64,000 nucleotides of DNA from Phoronis australis (GCA_002633005.1 NMRA01000131.1:235798-299797); one strand, 5' to 3'; positions 40,272-54,198 are shown, counted from the stretch's first letter. The notes: generated by a model from the letters alone, not told the origin. Numbers and translations are program-made.

Positions 40272-43200
40272 TATATATCCCTGTCTCAACTTGTTCCTTA
40301 GTGGACTTGGAAGAACTCAAACTTTGTTAGTGCTCAAAGCCATGGTTATTGCTCCAGGTCTTGAGCAAAAACAAACTATCAGTTCAACGGAAGCCAATAT
40401 GCCACGTGTAATCTCACTAAGGAACAGTACGAGATCAAGAGTCTAATCACGAGCACACACGTGAAGATTGACCCTGGACATTGCTAGACATGCCAATCTT
40501 CATGCGAACAATTGTGATTAGATTTTTGCTACTATTTTGGCCAAAAACAACATTGTTAGTACGAGACCAATCTTATATTGTTACATGATGGTTCTAAAAA
40601 GAGGTTGGGTTAATAGCAGCTTGAAAAATGGTACACGTTGTGGATAAGGAACTTAAAAAGGATTAATCTTTTCAACACAGTTTAGTACAGATGTTTTCTT
40701 ATTCTCCACATATAAATGCTTTTTGGGCTAAACAGATTCTAGCCCAGTCTTGTATGGATTGATTTAAAACCCTGAAAAGGGATTACGTGATCATGTTTTG
40801 GGAATACACCTCTAGAGTGAAGCTTTCAATCCAAATCAAACTCGAAATTGTTTTTGTCACTTCCAGTCCACTTTCTCGCGAGATCAAGATAGACTTAATG
40901 AGTACTTAATAACCACTAGATTCGAACTAAAATTTGAGTAAAAACTGTTTAAGATTTCTAGTAAAACCTCGAACTCAGACTCGAACTTTTAGCTCTAATG
41001 CTGGGATCATTAACTGCCATCAATAAGCTCTCAAATATAAAATAAAAGAAACTTATCTCGAGTTCAAACAAAAGTAGAATAGAAAATAAAAAATCTTGGG
41101 CCCAGGTGTTACTTTCATAACAGTCTATGCTTTCACAATGCAGTGAATGTGCAACTTGAGTGGAAGTCGGGTCTTTAATAACCTATTCCCCCAGCACCAC
41201 TGGTGTAGTCAGAATTATTCAACAGAGGTTGCCAAAATTGAAATTGTTGGCGACCAATGATTGTGACTGAAATGAGAGGCAACCTGGAGGCACTGCATGA
41301 ACAAGGGACAGGGGAGCTAGGGAAGCACAAAACTGAAATGAGTTGCTATCAGGGGAAAGGTCTGCAATGAAGAGGGTGTAGCCTTGTTGTGTGCCCTATG
41401 GCTAGTATGTTAATGCCTTAGTACTTCAGTCTATCCCTAAACTAGACCATATTTCTAATCAATACGTCAGCAAAATAAAGTTCCCAATGGTTAGACAAAT
41501 TTCTTGGCATGTTGTGTTTTTGAGCCTATGAGTGTAATATTTCTAGGAACACGTTAATGATGTCACAGTTTTTAATTTTGAGTCAACGTGAGGGTGTTTG
41601 CCAGTGCGAATGTTCTGAAGCATTTCACACTGCCCAACTCTTGCCACGAGGAGGCCCCCTCAATAAGAGTCAAATTTGTAATTTTGAAAAACTTTTCGAA
41701 AAGACCGAAATGTTGACTAAAATCACTGCTGTATTATGTAGATCATAACATCAAGAATGAAACACTAGCATGTTGCTCAAAACACTGAGTAAAACATAAT
41801 GGTAATAGTCACATACAGGGCACCCCCACTTTGAGAACCAGTGTTTTCTACTGCATAACAAGAACCTGATTTTCACTGAATAGCAGGCGTCAAAACTTGT
41901 TCTCAAAATTTGGATTGCCAGTGAGTGACTACTGCCTGGATAACAATCAACCCACCTAAAGCACAAAGAACCCGTCGATTTGGGCTACGTGACCCAACTT
42001 GAAGTATCTGAAGTACCCTGACCTCCCAATTTTGAAATGTGAGATGTTTTTGCAACAAGTCATTTCAACAAACCAGGTTTTTAAAGTTCACTTGCTTACA
42101 AAGTCTAACTCCAGGATGCTTTGATTACAGCGAACCTTAGTAGTTTCTGAATGTTTTAGAATGGTTCTGGTTTTGCAATTAGACTGAAATTAATAGATGA
42201 TTCTTTCAAACTGCAACACTTGACATCATGTGATTGTGGAAAGCAAAAAAATGAAACAGTTGACGAGTCGGGATCCAGGATAGACTTCCATTGAGGCTCT
42301 CACCAAAATGGGTCAGTTTTAATGACTGTGCCAACTCACAAAAGGGTGAGGTTTTATCCTGATGATTATGCTAAAGAGTGGGTATAATCCTAATTTCAAG
42401 GCAACAAACACCCTCCGAAATAATAATACTCTGTACGATGGCAGTCATTGCTGAATGGCACTGCCAGAAGCGATACTGTCAGTCATTATAAAACTATTGC
42501 TAGACTGCTTAATGTTTGTGTGTTTAGGACCATTGACTGTATTTTTATGCTCCTGACTTCTGTTAGTAGTGACAAGTGTGCCAGTCTATTATACAATGAC
42601 AATGAATAGCAGAATTTCAGCATTATCCTTATCTAACCCACTAGTTCAACTTTCACGGTATTTACGGGAGCTTATATAAACTTATTATAACATACATGAA
42701 CATGTTAACATACGAGAGGGTGAGCTCTGAAAAGATCGAGACAATCTACCGTGGCCGCGACGCACTCAGCTACTCCTTTCCCACTATTCGGTGCTACAGT
42801 TTTCCTAAAATGACTGTTGTTGTGGGTGGCCTACCTAGGCTAATGGTAATGGCTATTAGCCTATTTCTTCCACAAAATATTTCGTAAAAAATCTTCAGAA
42901 TCCAGCACAGTATACAAGATAATTATCACAACATGTTTCGTATACATTACTGGTGATGTTTTCCTTGACTCGTTAGCTTTGAAATGCGGGAGTTTGATGA
43001 AAACAGAGAGATTTAAACAGCTGTAAATCCATCGACATTCTTTTACTGGAAGTCGCCATGTTGGTGAACTAGTTTGACCTATTATACAACTGACCAATAG
43101 AATGCCTTGTTTCTTGAAATCGGAACAGCCAATGATATTGCAAGAATGCGGATGGAAAAGTGTCCTGTAGCAGACCCCAACCAACTTCGAGGGTCTGTGC

Positions 43201-43284
43201 AGGAGACTACGTTTCTGCTATGATGTTTAAGTCACGCCGACAGGAGGCGCGTTCCAAAACGAGGCTCGCTACGATATCTGTGTT

Positions 43285-43438
43285 GGCTTATCGGCGTACT
43301 GGTTGTATTCTGCGTTGCTCGAACGGCTTGAAAAAATACGGTCACTCAACTGTCCGTTTTACAAACCCTGAGGACGTTGAGATTCGAAAGCGTTGGGTCG
43401 TCGCCATACGCTCGACGAAGGAAAATATGTCCGTGTAA
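43285..43438 (+). pseudogene. THAP-domain fragment, probably from a DNA transposon
   Basis: GCILRCSN...F..PEDVEIRKRWVVAI fits the THAP C-x-C..F..P..R..W pattern. Confidence 0.55.
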
Positions 43439-44896
43439 AATTTATAAATGTTTTCGGAAATTTAGATCATATTTTGTCGCATCTCTGTTGCCGAGCGTCA
43501 CAGCAACGACCGGAGAATCTTCGGTCAGCCAGGGTGTGTTTTCAAGACAACGGGTTGAAAGATGATTCATGTTTCTTTCCAAAAAAGAGAGGGCCCTCAA
43601 TCCCTCGATTTTGGAGCCGAATATCCGCCCTATTCCTCTCTCAAAAATATTGAAAAATCTGGCCCCGAAATTCCCCCCACGAGGCCCTAAAAATTATCTT
43701 AGTGATTGAAAAGTTCTCTCCGAAGTTCAAATCACCTGTATCCACACAGGTATCAATTTGGAAGAGCACAAGGGGAGGGGATGCTGTTGATGATGATCGG
43801 GAGGTAGATATTTCCCCTAACTCGGCGAAAAATGCCCCTCTCACGAAGACACACAAGCACGTTTCATCCGATGAACGAGGCCCCAGAAGAAACATGATAA
43901 CTATGCTTGCTATGTGCAGTTAACTGAAATTGAGCTCAAAACAAGGTTATGCTTTGGACGAACGAGTTAGGTGTTTTAATTTTAAAATTCAACTTGGTCC
44001 AAATTGATATTTGAAACTTAACACATGAAATAGAGAGGTATATAAGAATTATTAAAACCGAAAGCAGAATTGATGGTCAAATAATTACTTGTGAATGTGT
44101 GCAAGGGAGTGAATTAGAACCTGGATATAGTGCGAAAGCGATTTCTGAGGCTATGCTCTTTTTTTTTAAAAAAATGGTCAAATAACTTTTATTTTCAATT
44201 ACGAGCCTGTTTTTTATTTTAATAAAAATATACTTAATAACATCAATTATTCTTTCAGATCAATGACAAATCACTAATGTTAGTCCCGGTAGTCCCTACC
44301 TCACCAGGACATAGACTATATGCTTGATGTTAATACTTTTGATCAACAAATTAAACCAGATGTGACTAATTGCATATGGCAGCAAAATACATGTACGATG
44401 AGAGACTGTCGAATATATCTTCAACTCGTCAACAATACAAGCAGATGATCTGGTTGGTGTAGAAGGCATTTTTATAAACAATTTACAAGACGAAACGTAA
44501 ACCTGCATTCAGCGTAATACCTAATCCGTAACACTACCGTGACGATCGCCGCAGTTTGGTCATATTTACTTTTCATGTTTGAAACATAGTTTTCCGAAAA
44601 AAACTTAAAACCCTTTCGTCAGACAACTCTTCGAGCATTGAATTGTTCTCTAATGTATTTTTCTACGTCTCTGTGGTTAATTATCGACACATTTTTAAGA
44701 TTTAATATCCATGTTGGACTCGAAAAACCGGCCATTTAACTCACGCAATTTCCGCTTTATTTATCGCAGTGAGCCTCGCTTTGGATTTTAATGTCCGCCG
44801 CGTGAGTTAGGTCTATAGCCGCGTGCTTGAATCACATACGTGTACAACAAACACATATCTGGCCGATTTAACCGGTGTGTTATTCATACTGTATGT

Positions 44897-47800
44897 CAGA
44901 TGATTGACGGTGGGTTTGTTTAAAAGGTAGCTATACTTTGAGATTGTGCGTAGATGGAGAGTGAATAATCAAATTCAGTAATAAATTTATTATATGATAA
45001 CCTCTAATTAGACAAATGAAACCTATAGTTAATTAAGTAATCAACTACAAAGAGTAACTACGCTAGCGCCCTCTCTAAAGATTACTTTAATCAAACAACC
45101 AAAACAATCAAATGTCTTATCTGCTATCCAAGCTAGGACTCTCCACTTGTTGGATGTCTGTCCTGTTGGTGAATCTTCGAACTACACACACTGTATAGCG
45201 ACAGTGTACTTGCTGGTCACCGTCTTTGGTGATGCAACACTTACAGGCAATTTCTTCTACCCGCGATTCTTCTTGCTGGTCACAGTCTCTGGGTGTTGAC
45301 GCAACACTTCAGGTAGTACCTTACTACCCACAATGCAAGTAACAAGCTCTTAGTTAACTTCCTGTTCGTTAAACCTTGCCCTTGCCAAGATCCTTTCTAG
45401 AATCTTCCATGAGATGGCTCTCTCGTACAATGGGGCAATTCGGAAAATCTGCAATAACTCGAGGGCGTGCGTGTACTAGTGGTGATAGATTAACAGCCTC
45501 GATTTCGCGAGCCCTTTAAATACATGGTGAAATGGCTTGCAGCCGTGCCAACTGAATCTGAGATTGCGTAGAAAGGGTGCTTCTATGAGAGGAAGTAAGC
45601 AAGACCTCATACAAAGGTAAGGTTTGTGATTATTTTAACGATTATTACATGATTATTCTACCGATGCCTGTTAACTGAGGCACTCGCCGATGTCCGGCGA
45701 CTTCGCGGCAGTCAGTCGCCAGCCAGAGTCTGGTTAATCTTTGTATGTTGTGATATGTGATACGATACTTGACGTAGCAATCGGGATCTTTTCGAACATC
45801 AAAGCATTATTATTGTTTGGAATGATTTCTAAAAGTTTATCAGTGACAGTTACATCAATCAATGTTGAATGTTTATGCTGTCAACTCGATACAGGTTAAT
45901 GAGTTAAGATTACAATCCAATCCCAATGGCAAAGGGTACGTGAGTGATAAATATCCATTGCATTAGACTATTTGTTTACTCCCTATCACATGTCTTCTGG
46001 AAATCTATTACACGTTGAAATGGAAATCTATCACGTCAGTTTTCACGTAACCTTTGGTTTTTAGGTTTGAAGGCTTGTACCGTGCAGAGGAGATATGCAT
46101 CGCTTCTGCACCGTCCCTGAATGGACAAAAATTGGTTTTTAGCATTTGACTGCAGCTAACCAACAAGATCTTCCCATCCAGTGCAGATCTGTTGTCAAAG
46201 CCTACTTTCAATATTGGAGACAACGAACAAAGCCTTTGAAAAGGAACAGCTATTTTTAAAGTCATTTTGTTAAATTACTTATTCAGGTCCCGAGGGGGGA
46301 TTGGCATGGGGGGTTGTAATATTTGGTACAACTGAATGTGTGGAAATAACAGGTAATACATGTTTGGGGAAAAGAGCATGGTGAGGTAATTCTTAACCTT
46401 CACGAAGTCCCTTCAAGTTGATTTCATGAAACTGTTTTGCTACTTGTATCAATTGTAAAACCACGAAAATATATTACATTTTCCGAATTCACAGTGACTG
46501 AATAGTCTTAACTCATGCCTTGAAATGTTGCAAGTCGTTATAAATTCAAATGACTGCCATTTTTGTGAAAATTGCATTTTTGATGGTGCCTTACGATTTG
46601 CAATTACTCTTAAACAACAGAAAGATTATCCATCATTTTTAAATGACCCAAGTCTTCATATCTTCTATTAGAAGAAAAACGGTTCCCTCAACCTTAGGCT
46701 AGAAGTATGCTTGACAGACCCATGAACCTGTAATCTGAGTTTAAAATTGCTGAAAGTATCAAAATTAAAAAGGCTTGAAAATGGGTAACAAAGGTTTGAA
46801 GTTGTCTCAAAAAACTTGTATATTTTACAGACAAGTGATGCGTTTAAAGAATTGTTATGGCTAGGGATAAAAAATAAAGACACAGTTTTATGCAATACTC
46901 ATTATATACACCCTTGGTTTCTGAAAATAGTAATTATTTACTTTTATGTGAAACTGTAGACCAATCACCGTATATTTTTGAAAAACAGGGATAACATTTT
47001 TGATCCAATCTGGAGTACTTAATTATTCATATTTCAATATTTGTTCCAGGTTCAGTGACATTTTAAGACCACTTCAAGCTGTATCATAGACCAGCTTTGT
47101 TACTCCGTTCTCTTCCCACAGCACTTCCACACATCAGCAGTGCTGCATGGCACAATGTGCAAGTCAGTGGCCCTGGAGAAATGTGAATCGCAGTTGCTGT
47201 ACTAAGTTACCATAAGACAATGTGCCAGTAGAGTGTCTGTGTATCCAGACGAACTATATCTGACTGCTACACAAATAAGCCTTATTGGTGAGGATGCCCT
47301 CTCATTTCAATGAGTCATGTGTGGACAATTGCTTATTTCCTTTCCTGGAAGAAACATGAGGGACTGAAGCTAAAGAAGACCTAGTCACACTCTGGTCTAG
47401 TTCAGAGTCTGATTTTGGGCTAAAAACGATTCAACTGATATGCTGCTGTATTTACCTTCAAGGGTCTAATTGTGGATGTTATTGAGGCTGAATGAGGTTA
47501 CATGAAAGAAAGCCACGTGTTGAAACTCACTGGACCTTTTTTACAAGCGCTTCTATAGGCCATTGAAACTAGAACCCAGTGAAATGGAAGCCAAAAGCTG
47601 AGTGACATTAAATTTTCCTTTCAGAAGAAAGGCTTTATACTATTGTACCAATTTGGTACAGATTATGGGGAAATGACATTCAGTGACTGCATCGATTACT
47701 CTTATTGTATGTTTTCAATTGTAGCTAGCTGGATAAGAATCTGCTATGCACAAGATTCGAGAATAAACAATTATCAGTGTATTTAAAAACTAATGGCAAA

Positions 47801-49230
47801 CTGAAAAAGCACAGAAAGAAACATTGCGAGGGAGTCCATAATCAGGCATATCAGGTGCTGAATTTCTGAATTACGTTCAATTCTCTCAGGTTATTGCTGA
47901 AGGATTGCTTTTCGCTTTGGTCAGGCGGTTGGTTTCGGTTGTTTTTTCTTGCCTGTAACAGAATAGAAATATTAGCAAATTGTAAAAGAAAAGAAAGACA
48001 AACTACTTTTGTTAGGTAGAACATACTTGACATTTCATCTTCATGTTTATGTGTAGAAACTAATAACCTTTGTACCCAAGTCTTAATTAATATCTGAATT
48101 AAAATATGTGAAACAGGCTAAAGGTGATTTAACAATGTGTATTTTTCATGACACTTAAAATGTGCTTCTGATCTCAACACGTAAAATTCATTCTAGGTGT
48201 CATTTTTTCCAATGCAATGTTACGACATTTACTGAATTAAGGCTTATTCATGTTAATTCGATAACTGAGCTGGTGGTCCTGGGGGTGGGGTCCACGATAA
48301 AATAAGGAAACTCACTCATCTAGAGAATTTTATTGGAAACAGCATAGTTTTGAAGAGAAACTGCTGTGAAAAAGTCACTCTTGACTTCTGTGCATCACGT
48401 ACCATACACCTCTTATTTTGGGAGCACTCCAACCCAGGACAATATGAATATGTGCTGCTAGCCTACCCGGCATCGGGTGAGTTTCCAAAAAGAAACACTT
48501 AGTTCGACTCAATAAAACTGTTATTCAGTGGGAAAACTGGTGGGGATAACATCACCGAACGATGTTGATAGAAACTGATTGCTAAAAACTTACCAAGTTA
48601 TGTTGTGTAGTCTCCGAATGGAACTGCATAGTCATAGACACAGAGCACACACGGGGCATCACCATCCACACACTTTTTGTCAGTTAGTTGACCCTGTTGA
48701 CCGCAATTGTCCACGAATATAGTAACCTTAGGTCTTTTGGGAATTTGTGGCCACCTGTCAAAGACTTGAACCAGGGAAATTAGCAGTAATAAGGCTTAGC
48801 GCGACGACGTATTTTGATAAAAATTCCATCTTTTACCAGTTGTTTACATGCAGACAGCCACGCATGCGCAATTCAATCACCACTAGTACAGCAGCGACAC
48901 CGCGAGGAGAATTCTCCGAATAGCTCCATTGCTTCTGTACACCGTAGCAAGTCTTTATGCTTCAACTACTATAGCGCATCTAATTATCTTGTTGATTTCA
49001 TCCCATAATATAACATTCTACTTATTTAGTGATTGGCTAATAAAAATCACATGATAATATCCAATCATATTATTGGTTGTTACAATTTGTTCTCAGAATA
49101 TTCTAGAATCTCTAGAGTACTTTGACCCCAGAACCCAAAGTTGTAAACACCATCTAAAAATAGATTTTTGACGTTAAAATACATGTCACCAAGTCTGACC
49201 CCATGATTTAAAAATACATATGCACAAATT
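44897..49230. repeat. Interspersed (LTR-like) repeat split by the ISL2EU insertion: parts 44897-45431 and 48928-49230
   Basis: Both parts align colinearly with the uninterrupted copy at 63187-64000. Confidence 0.8.
45432..48927. mobile_element. Decayed ISL2EU-type DNA transposon (YqaJ nuclease on +, THAP on -), TSD AT
   Basis: TIR GGGGCAATTCGGAAAAT / ATTCTCCGAATAGCTCC; AT on both flanks; THAP relic GGHKFPKDLRLLYSWTIAVNRV (-, ~48600-48790); YqaJ relics VYPDELYLTATQISLIGEDAL and VFTFKGLIVDVI...LDLFYKRFYRP (+, ~47100-47570). Confidence 0.8.
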
Positions 49231-50092
49231 TTGGGCAACTTAAAAATGGATCTATTCTTACTAATTACTTAATCAATATTTATTCTGACACTGTATGAAT
49301 GCAGGACAGTATCGTACTCCGAAAAGGCGCAACCACAATTTCTTGGATTCACATTTCATGAACATAAATTTTGAGCACTGATTGGTTTGTACAACAGACC
49401 ACATTTACACTTCAGTCCACCAGTCATGCCAGTTTGTTTGCGTAAAACGCTGCCTGTTGAGAATTCGACTAGCCAATCAGAAACGCCGGTGTACAAAAAT
49501 TTCCCCAGGAAAGTTAAGTGATACCTGCGTGCTGGCTACTGACCACCTAGCGGCACGCAGCGAACCAGTGAGTCACTGCCAGACGCTTTTGATGAGTGCG
49601 CAACCGTTGCTGGGGGTAACTGGGACTGCCTTGTTGCTCACAATAGCTTAATTACCGGTGTACGCGTGGTAATAAGTTGACATCTGTGGAGTCAGTTGCT
49701 TTGTCGATGCACGCTTAGCTTTACAGAACGAGAGCATCTAAAGTTCGTTAAAGATCCTAGTTGCCATTACGTAGTACTCTGTGGGGCAGATAGCCACTAA
49801 TTATGAATAATGAAGCCAATTTCTTGGTAATAAACCAAGAACATTATTTTCCTCTCATATGCCTGTGTTTTCACCGCGCATGTGCACTACATTTACAGGG
49901 TTGCATAAATTCAGGCACCTCATAGCCGAAGCGAAATTCACAGCATCTTTACATTCACCACAACATTGAGAAACAGTTTTGGGCCACCGTAAGATTAAAA
50001 ACTGGACGATCGCCGCACAAATAAAAAACTTCATGTTCAATCAACCTTTCGTCTATTCATTATAGAGGTTACCTGAGCTGCATGTTGGCAAT

Positions 50093-50264
50093 TGACCTAT
50101 CGCCAGGATTTTGAGTGACGGCTTAACTGACCATTTAGAAAGCAGCATTATTGACACACCTTCGTTTCCAAACCGCCATTTTACCCGACAAACAACACGT
50201 TGCCGGGTAAACCTTATTGCTTGTTAGTCGACATTACGCAAGGGGCAGAGCTTGCGATAGGTCA
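50093..50264 (+). mobile_element. 172-bp deletion derivative of the 58777-60833 element, TSD AT
   Basis: TIR TGACCTATCGC / GCGATAGGTCA; both ends match the long copy. Confidence 0.85.
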
Positions 50265-50284
50265 ATTGCTATCCTTTGTAAACA

Positions 50285-50325
50285 TGATCCTGATGATGTG
50301 TAATGAATAGACGAAACGTAGATTG
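50285..50325 (+). ncRNA. Minimal type I hammerhead ribozyme motif with one stem II mismatch
   Basis: GATC-CUGAUGA-U-GU[G]UA-AUGAA-UAGAC-GAAA-CG-UA-GAUU. Confidence 0.6.
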
Positions 50326-50821
50326 AATATGAACTTTTTTATTTGTGCGGTGATTGTGCGGATTTTAACATTGAGAAAAGTCACTGGCAAGAATTCCCAG
50401 ATCGTCATATCCATACGACGCCTGCAATGAAATTAGCATCTGGGGAGCTCTGCCCTGACATTATTGACAGCAATTCTAACGTTTAGCGCCTGAAGCAGCG
50501 TGAGGCAATTCAAATTACTCGTAGAGGACCATCATTAAATTCACACATAAAACACAAATCGTTGTCACTTTTGTTTTAATTCGTTGTTGCTTCAGATTCC
50601 GTATTTTGTAATACACGAGACGTGTGGCCGTGCCATTCCTGTTTTTGTTGTAATTATGATTTTCTTTGTATACAGCTGGCTCTGAGCTGGTTATTTGAGA
50701 ATAAACGTCAGAAGATTGAAATGGTTCTAATGAAACATGTCACGACTTCAAACGGTTGTTGCTTTTTATTAAATACCGTGTATGAGATCATTTTAAAAAA
50801 TAACATGTAGCAATACACAAT

Positions 50822-50924
50822 ATGTTTGGGTCTATCCTTCCCATCGGAATGCCTTTCTCTTTCTTGTCCTTCTGCCACAATTTCTTCCTGTCCCTTCCAT
50901 CAGTAGCCGGAGCTTCATGTTCAG
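50822..50924 (+). CDS. Putative first, signal-peptide-like exon of the VWA gene
   Basis: MFGSILPIGMPFSFLSFCHNFFLSLPSVAGASCS then a phase-1 donor CAG|GTATAA, in frame with the next exon. Confidence 0.5.
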
Positions 50925-51091
50925 GTATAAAGCATGAATTATATTTTGAACTCATTGCCTTGCATCTAGCCGCGTGACTCGTGTATTATTCGCATTGACG
51001 CCAGATATTGCCATGATTCGATAACAAGTTCAACTGTTGAAAATGATTAGCAGTAATTTTATACTGGTATTCGCCACCTTGCGTGTTAAAG

Positions 51092-51817
51092 GTTGCCCAC
51101 AAGGAGACGTAAATATGTTTCTTGATACATCAATCTCAGTCACAGACAATCTTCGTAAACAATACAAGGACTTCATCACTGGCATTATCAAGAAACTTGA
51201 CAATGGGGCAGGAGATTACAGATTTGGAATTCAGTATTTCAGCCACAATGTATACACGATAGCCGGACTTGAAAATTACAACAAGAGGGATACGATTGCT
51301 GCATTGGAGTCGGCAAACATAAGCCGTTCACACCGACACTCGGCAGCCGTGACTCACTTTAACGAAGCTTTTGAATACTTGCTTAGCTTTTTCGGAGAAC
51401 CAACAAATAGAGCAAGAATTCTTCTAGTTTTTAGCGATGGAAAAATCGACTCCACCGAGTTCAGCACAATGTATAGGGTCCATGCTAACCTAAAGAAATG
51501 GAAAATCGAAGCAATAACTTTGTTTTTTTTAGACCATTCAAGATATCGTCCAGATGGCATAACACTTACGCTTGGTCGGGAACTCGGCACACGTGGCTTT
51601 TTCACATTTAAAAAAGATTGGGCGGGGAACTACTATCTCAACCACGACAAAGTGATTGACCTGGTTGCTAATGCAATAAATACAGCTTGTTGGACATATC
51701 ACGGCAAGTCTCCCCCTCGGGATCAGCTTTTCAATGCACCAATGTGCGCCCATATCATTGATGGCAATGAAATTAAGTACAATGCCTCCGGAAATTGCGA
51801 GGGCGTCAAACAAAGAG
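51092..51817 (+). CDS. von Willebrand factor A domain protein, main exon (within ORF 51037-51831)
   Basis: MIDAS DTSIS, RFGIQYFS, THFNEAF and ILLVFSDG motifs; phase-1 acceptor AAAG|G and donor AG|GTATGA; no internal stops. Confidence 0.85.
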
Positions 51818-51989
51818 GTATGATGTTTTAAATAATTTGTTCATGATTTTGCAAGCTGTGCAATATTGGACTCGCAACAAAATAGCATATAAAGCGAAAA
51901 ACAGACTAAATTGCATCATACAAAATGGTTCTCTGTCAGTAAGACAGAAGCGTAGAAAATTTTGCCAGGACTGAGACTTGAACTGGGGT

Positions 51990-52390
51990 TGGCCTAGCCA
52001 GCCAGCTAGCTGTATGAAGACTGTCGTCAAAATACAGGTGGGTCCCACTGCGTGTATTTCTTCCGTAGACCCCGAAATTGCGCACAGTCTGGGTAGTTCT
52101 GCTCGTCATCGCGCCGTGAAACTTGTATCAACATGTAAAGCTAAAAACCGGACGGTGTGCATGCAAAATCTGCCGAGTCATCCGACACACACCTTTCCCG
52201 TTACAGCCGTTTAAGTGAAAAACAATGCAATAAACGTCATTTTCTTGTGTAACTCTCCGCCTTTTCTAACAATGAAAAGTATTTCGTCGTTTTGAAAACA
52301 GTACGCTCGTGTCACGCGCACGCGCCATTTCCTAAATTTTGCGACATCTCTCGGGTGATGATGATAGCTTGGCAGCAGCAAAATTTCAAA
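51990..52390 (+). repeat. Interspersed repeat; its second copy (58525-58776 plus 60834-60970) is split by an ISL2EU element
   Basis: Direct alignment by eye across both parts. Confidence 0.8.
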
Positions 52391-52794
52391 GGAAACTTGC
52401 ACAATAACTACGTTTTTTTAAGAATTGCACGAGTTCCATTGATTACATTGTACTGACCAGGTCAGTGTCTCAGGGTATTAACATTGGGTGCATTCTAACT
52501 GCTGTTGGTCACCGGATGTTCATCTACATTTAAATTCACAAAGCCGTGCCGTAATGATTACATAACTGCACTAATTCTGTACCGACCAGGTTAAACGTTT
52601 GTCGTTTTATGGTATTTGTATCTATATAAATGTTAAGGAAACATTCTGGCAACATTTTTTTGAGATGTTGGCTTTTGCATGAGCAATTACAATAATTTTT
52701 TGTCGGAAAATAATGGGAAAAATTTCAAACCAAAAATTAAATATCTCAAAATATTCAAATTTTAAAAACTTGAAAATGTAATTTTTCATCACAA

Positions 52795-53190
52795 AGAAAC
52801 CTTTAAGTTTTAAGAAAATTCAAGTTTTCCACAAAGGAAAAAATCCAGTTTTCTGAAAAACTTAAGAAGTCGGGAAAACTTAAGTTTTTAAAATTACAAA
52901 AACTTAAGTTTTGTTAGTACAAAAAAACTTAAGTTTTCATGAAAACTTAAGTTATTACTTGAAACTTAAGTTTATTTGTGAAAACTTAAGCTTTACACTT
53001 GAAAAAACTTAAGTTTTCTGAAAAACTTAACATTGTGCTGAAAAACTTAAGTTTTTAAAATAAACTTAAGTAAGTTCCTTTTAAAAACTTAAGCTTTTCG
53101 GAAGAAGTTTAGTTTTTCCTCTAAAACTTAAGTTTTTTCGCCAAAAAACTTAAGTTTTCAGCGAAAAACTTAAGTTCACTTTTGTAAGGG
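52795..53190. repeat. Irregular array of palindromic AAAACTTAAGTTTT motifs, probably the subterminal region of a TIR element
   Basis: More than 15 CTTAAG-centred units, ending at TTTTGTAAGGG. Confidence 0.75.
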
Positions 53191-53632
53191 GTATCAGTAC
53201 TTCACACCCGAAAGTCACGTGTCACACTGTTCACAAGAGCACGAGTTCTCGCAGCTAGAAAAATCTAGCCAAAATCATGAGCTCTCTTTCAAAATACAAT
53301 TGAATTTCTTTTGATGGTAAAGCAATTTTTTAGTTTCAAATTTCAAACGACCTATCGACTGCTCACTTCGTCGATTTTCTTTGACATGGCGAAGCACGTC
53401 TCCTCATTTGGTATGACAAGACATAGACTTGGTACATTTCCCTTATATGCAAAATGTGACGTATAACTTGAAAACTGCATGGGGATGAAAGCTTTTACAT
53501 TTCGTCAAAATTGTGAATTTGACGATTTTTCCAGAAATACATACAATATTGAACATATTTAATTGAAGACACGACTTTGATCTGAGTTACGAATTTAATT
53601 TCAGTTCTTTCCAACTCTCTAAATAGAGATCA

Positions 53633-54158
53633 GGGGCCCGTTCCAAGAAACTGACTTAAGTTCATTTTTTACTTAAGTTTAAGACTTTTCTTAAGTTTTT
53701 GACTTAAGACAAATCCTAAGATTATTTTGCGTTCCAAGAAACAATCTTAGCTAAGACTGACTTAAGTTTTTGTCTTAACTTTAAGTCAACTCTCACCTTG
53801 TCTTAACTCGATCTTAAGTTTGTCAAAATGGCCGTATTCCACATTCGCCAGCGAAGAAATGAAAACCTAGGCAGAGTTTATCGAGAGCGTCTTCAATACG
53901 ACTCGTATGTTGACCGGTACCGGATGAACAAGGATGCAGTTGACTTATTATGCTCTTTTTTAAAAGACGACCTCGAGCCAGAAACTCGCAGAGGACATTC
54001 ACTTACAACTGAGCAGCAAGTCTCAGTTGCGTTGCAGTTCTACGCCACTGGAAGCTTTCAAACGGTCGTAGGTGATAGCCAAGGGGTGACTAAGTCGACC
54101 GTTTCAAGAACGATCACAAAAGTAACAAATGCCATCAACAATTCACCCGACTTGTGCA
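53633..54158 (+). mobile_element. Truncated PIF/Harbinger transposon (left end plus start of transposase)
   Basis: TIR GGGGCCCGTTCCAAGAAACTGACTTAAG, repeated CTTAAG subterminal motifs, transposase ORF from 53828. Confidence 0.88.
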
Positions 54159-54187
54159 ATAAAAATCCAAACGACATCAGTAGGTAA
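53828..54187 (+). pseudogene. Harbinger (HARBI1-like) transposase N-terminal fragment
   Basis: RYRM...L.PETRRGHSLTTEQQVSVALQFYATGSFQTVVGDSQGVTKSTVSR is the typical HTH region; the DDE domain is missing. Confidence 0.9.
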
Positions 54188-54198
54188 CATAATTGAAA

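Larger units (their letters stand above)
49995..50367. mobile_element. Inverted pair of Penelope-like pLTR fragments
   Basis: 49995-50062 is the reverse complement of 50301-50367; the right arm overlaps a hammerhead core. Confidence 0.6.

Noticed and set aside
51037-51091. N-terminus of the 264-aa ORF as the true start
   Set aside because: More likely intronic, given a phase-compatible acceptor at 51091 and an upstream exon; a start at ATG 51043 is not excluded.
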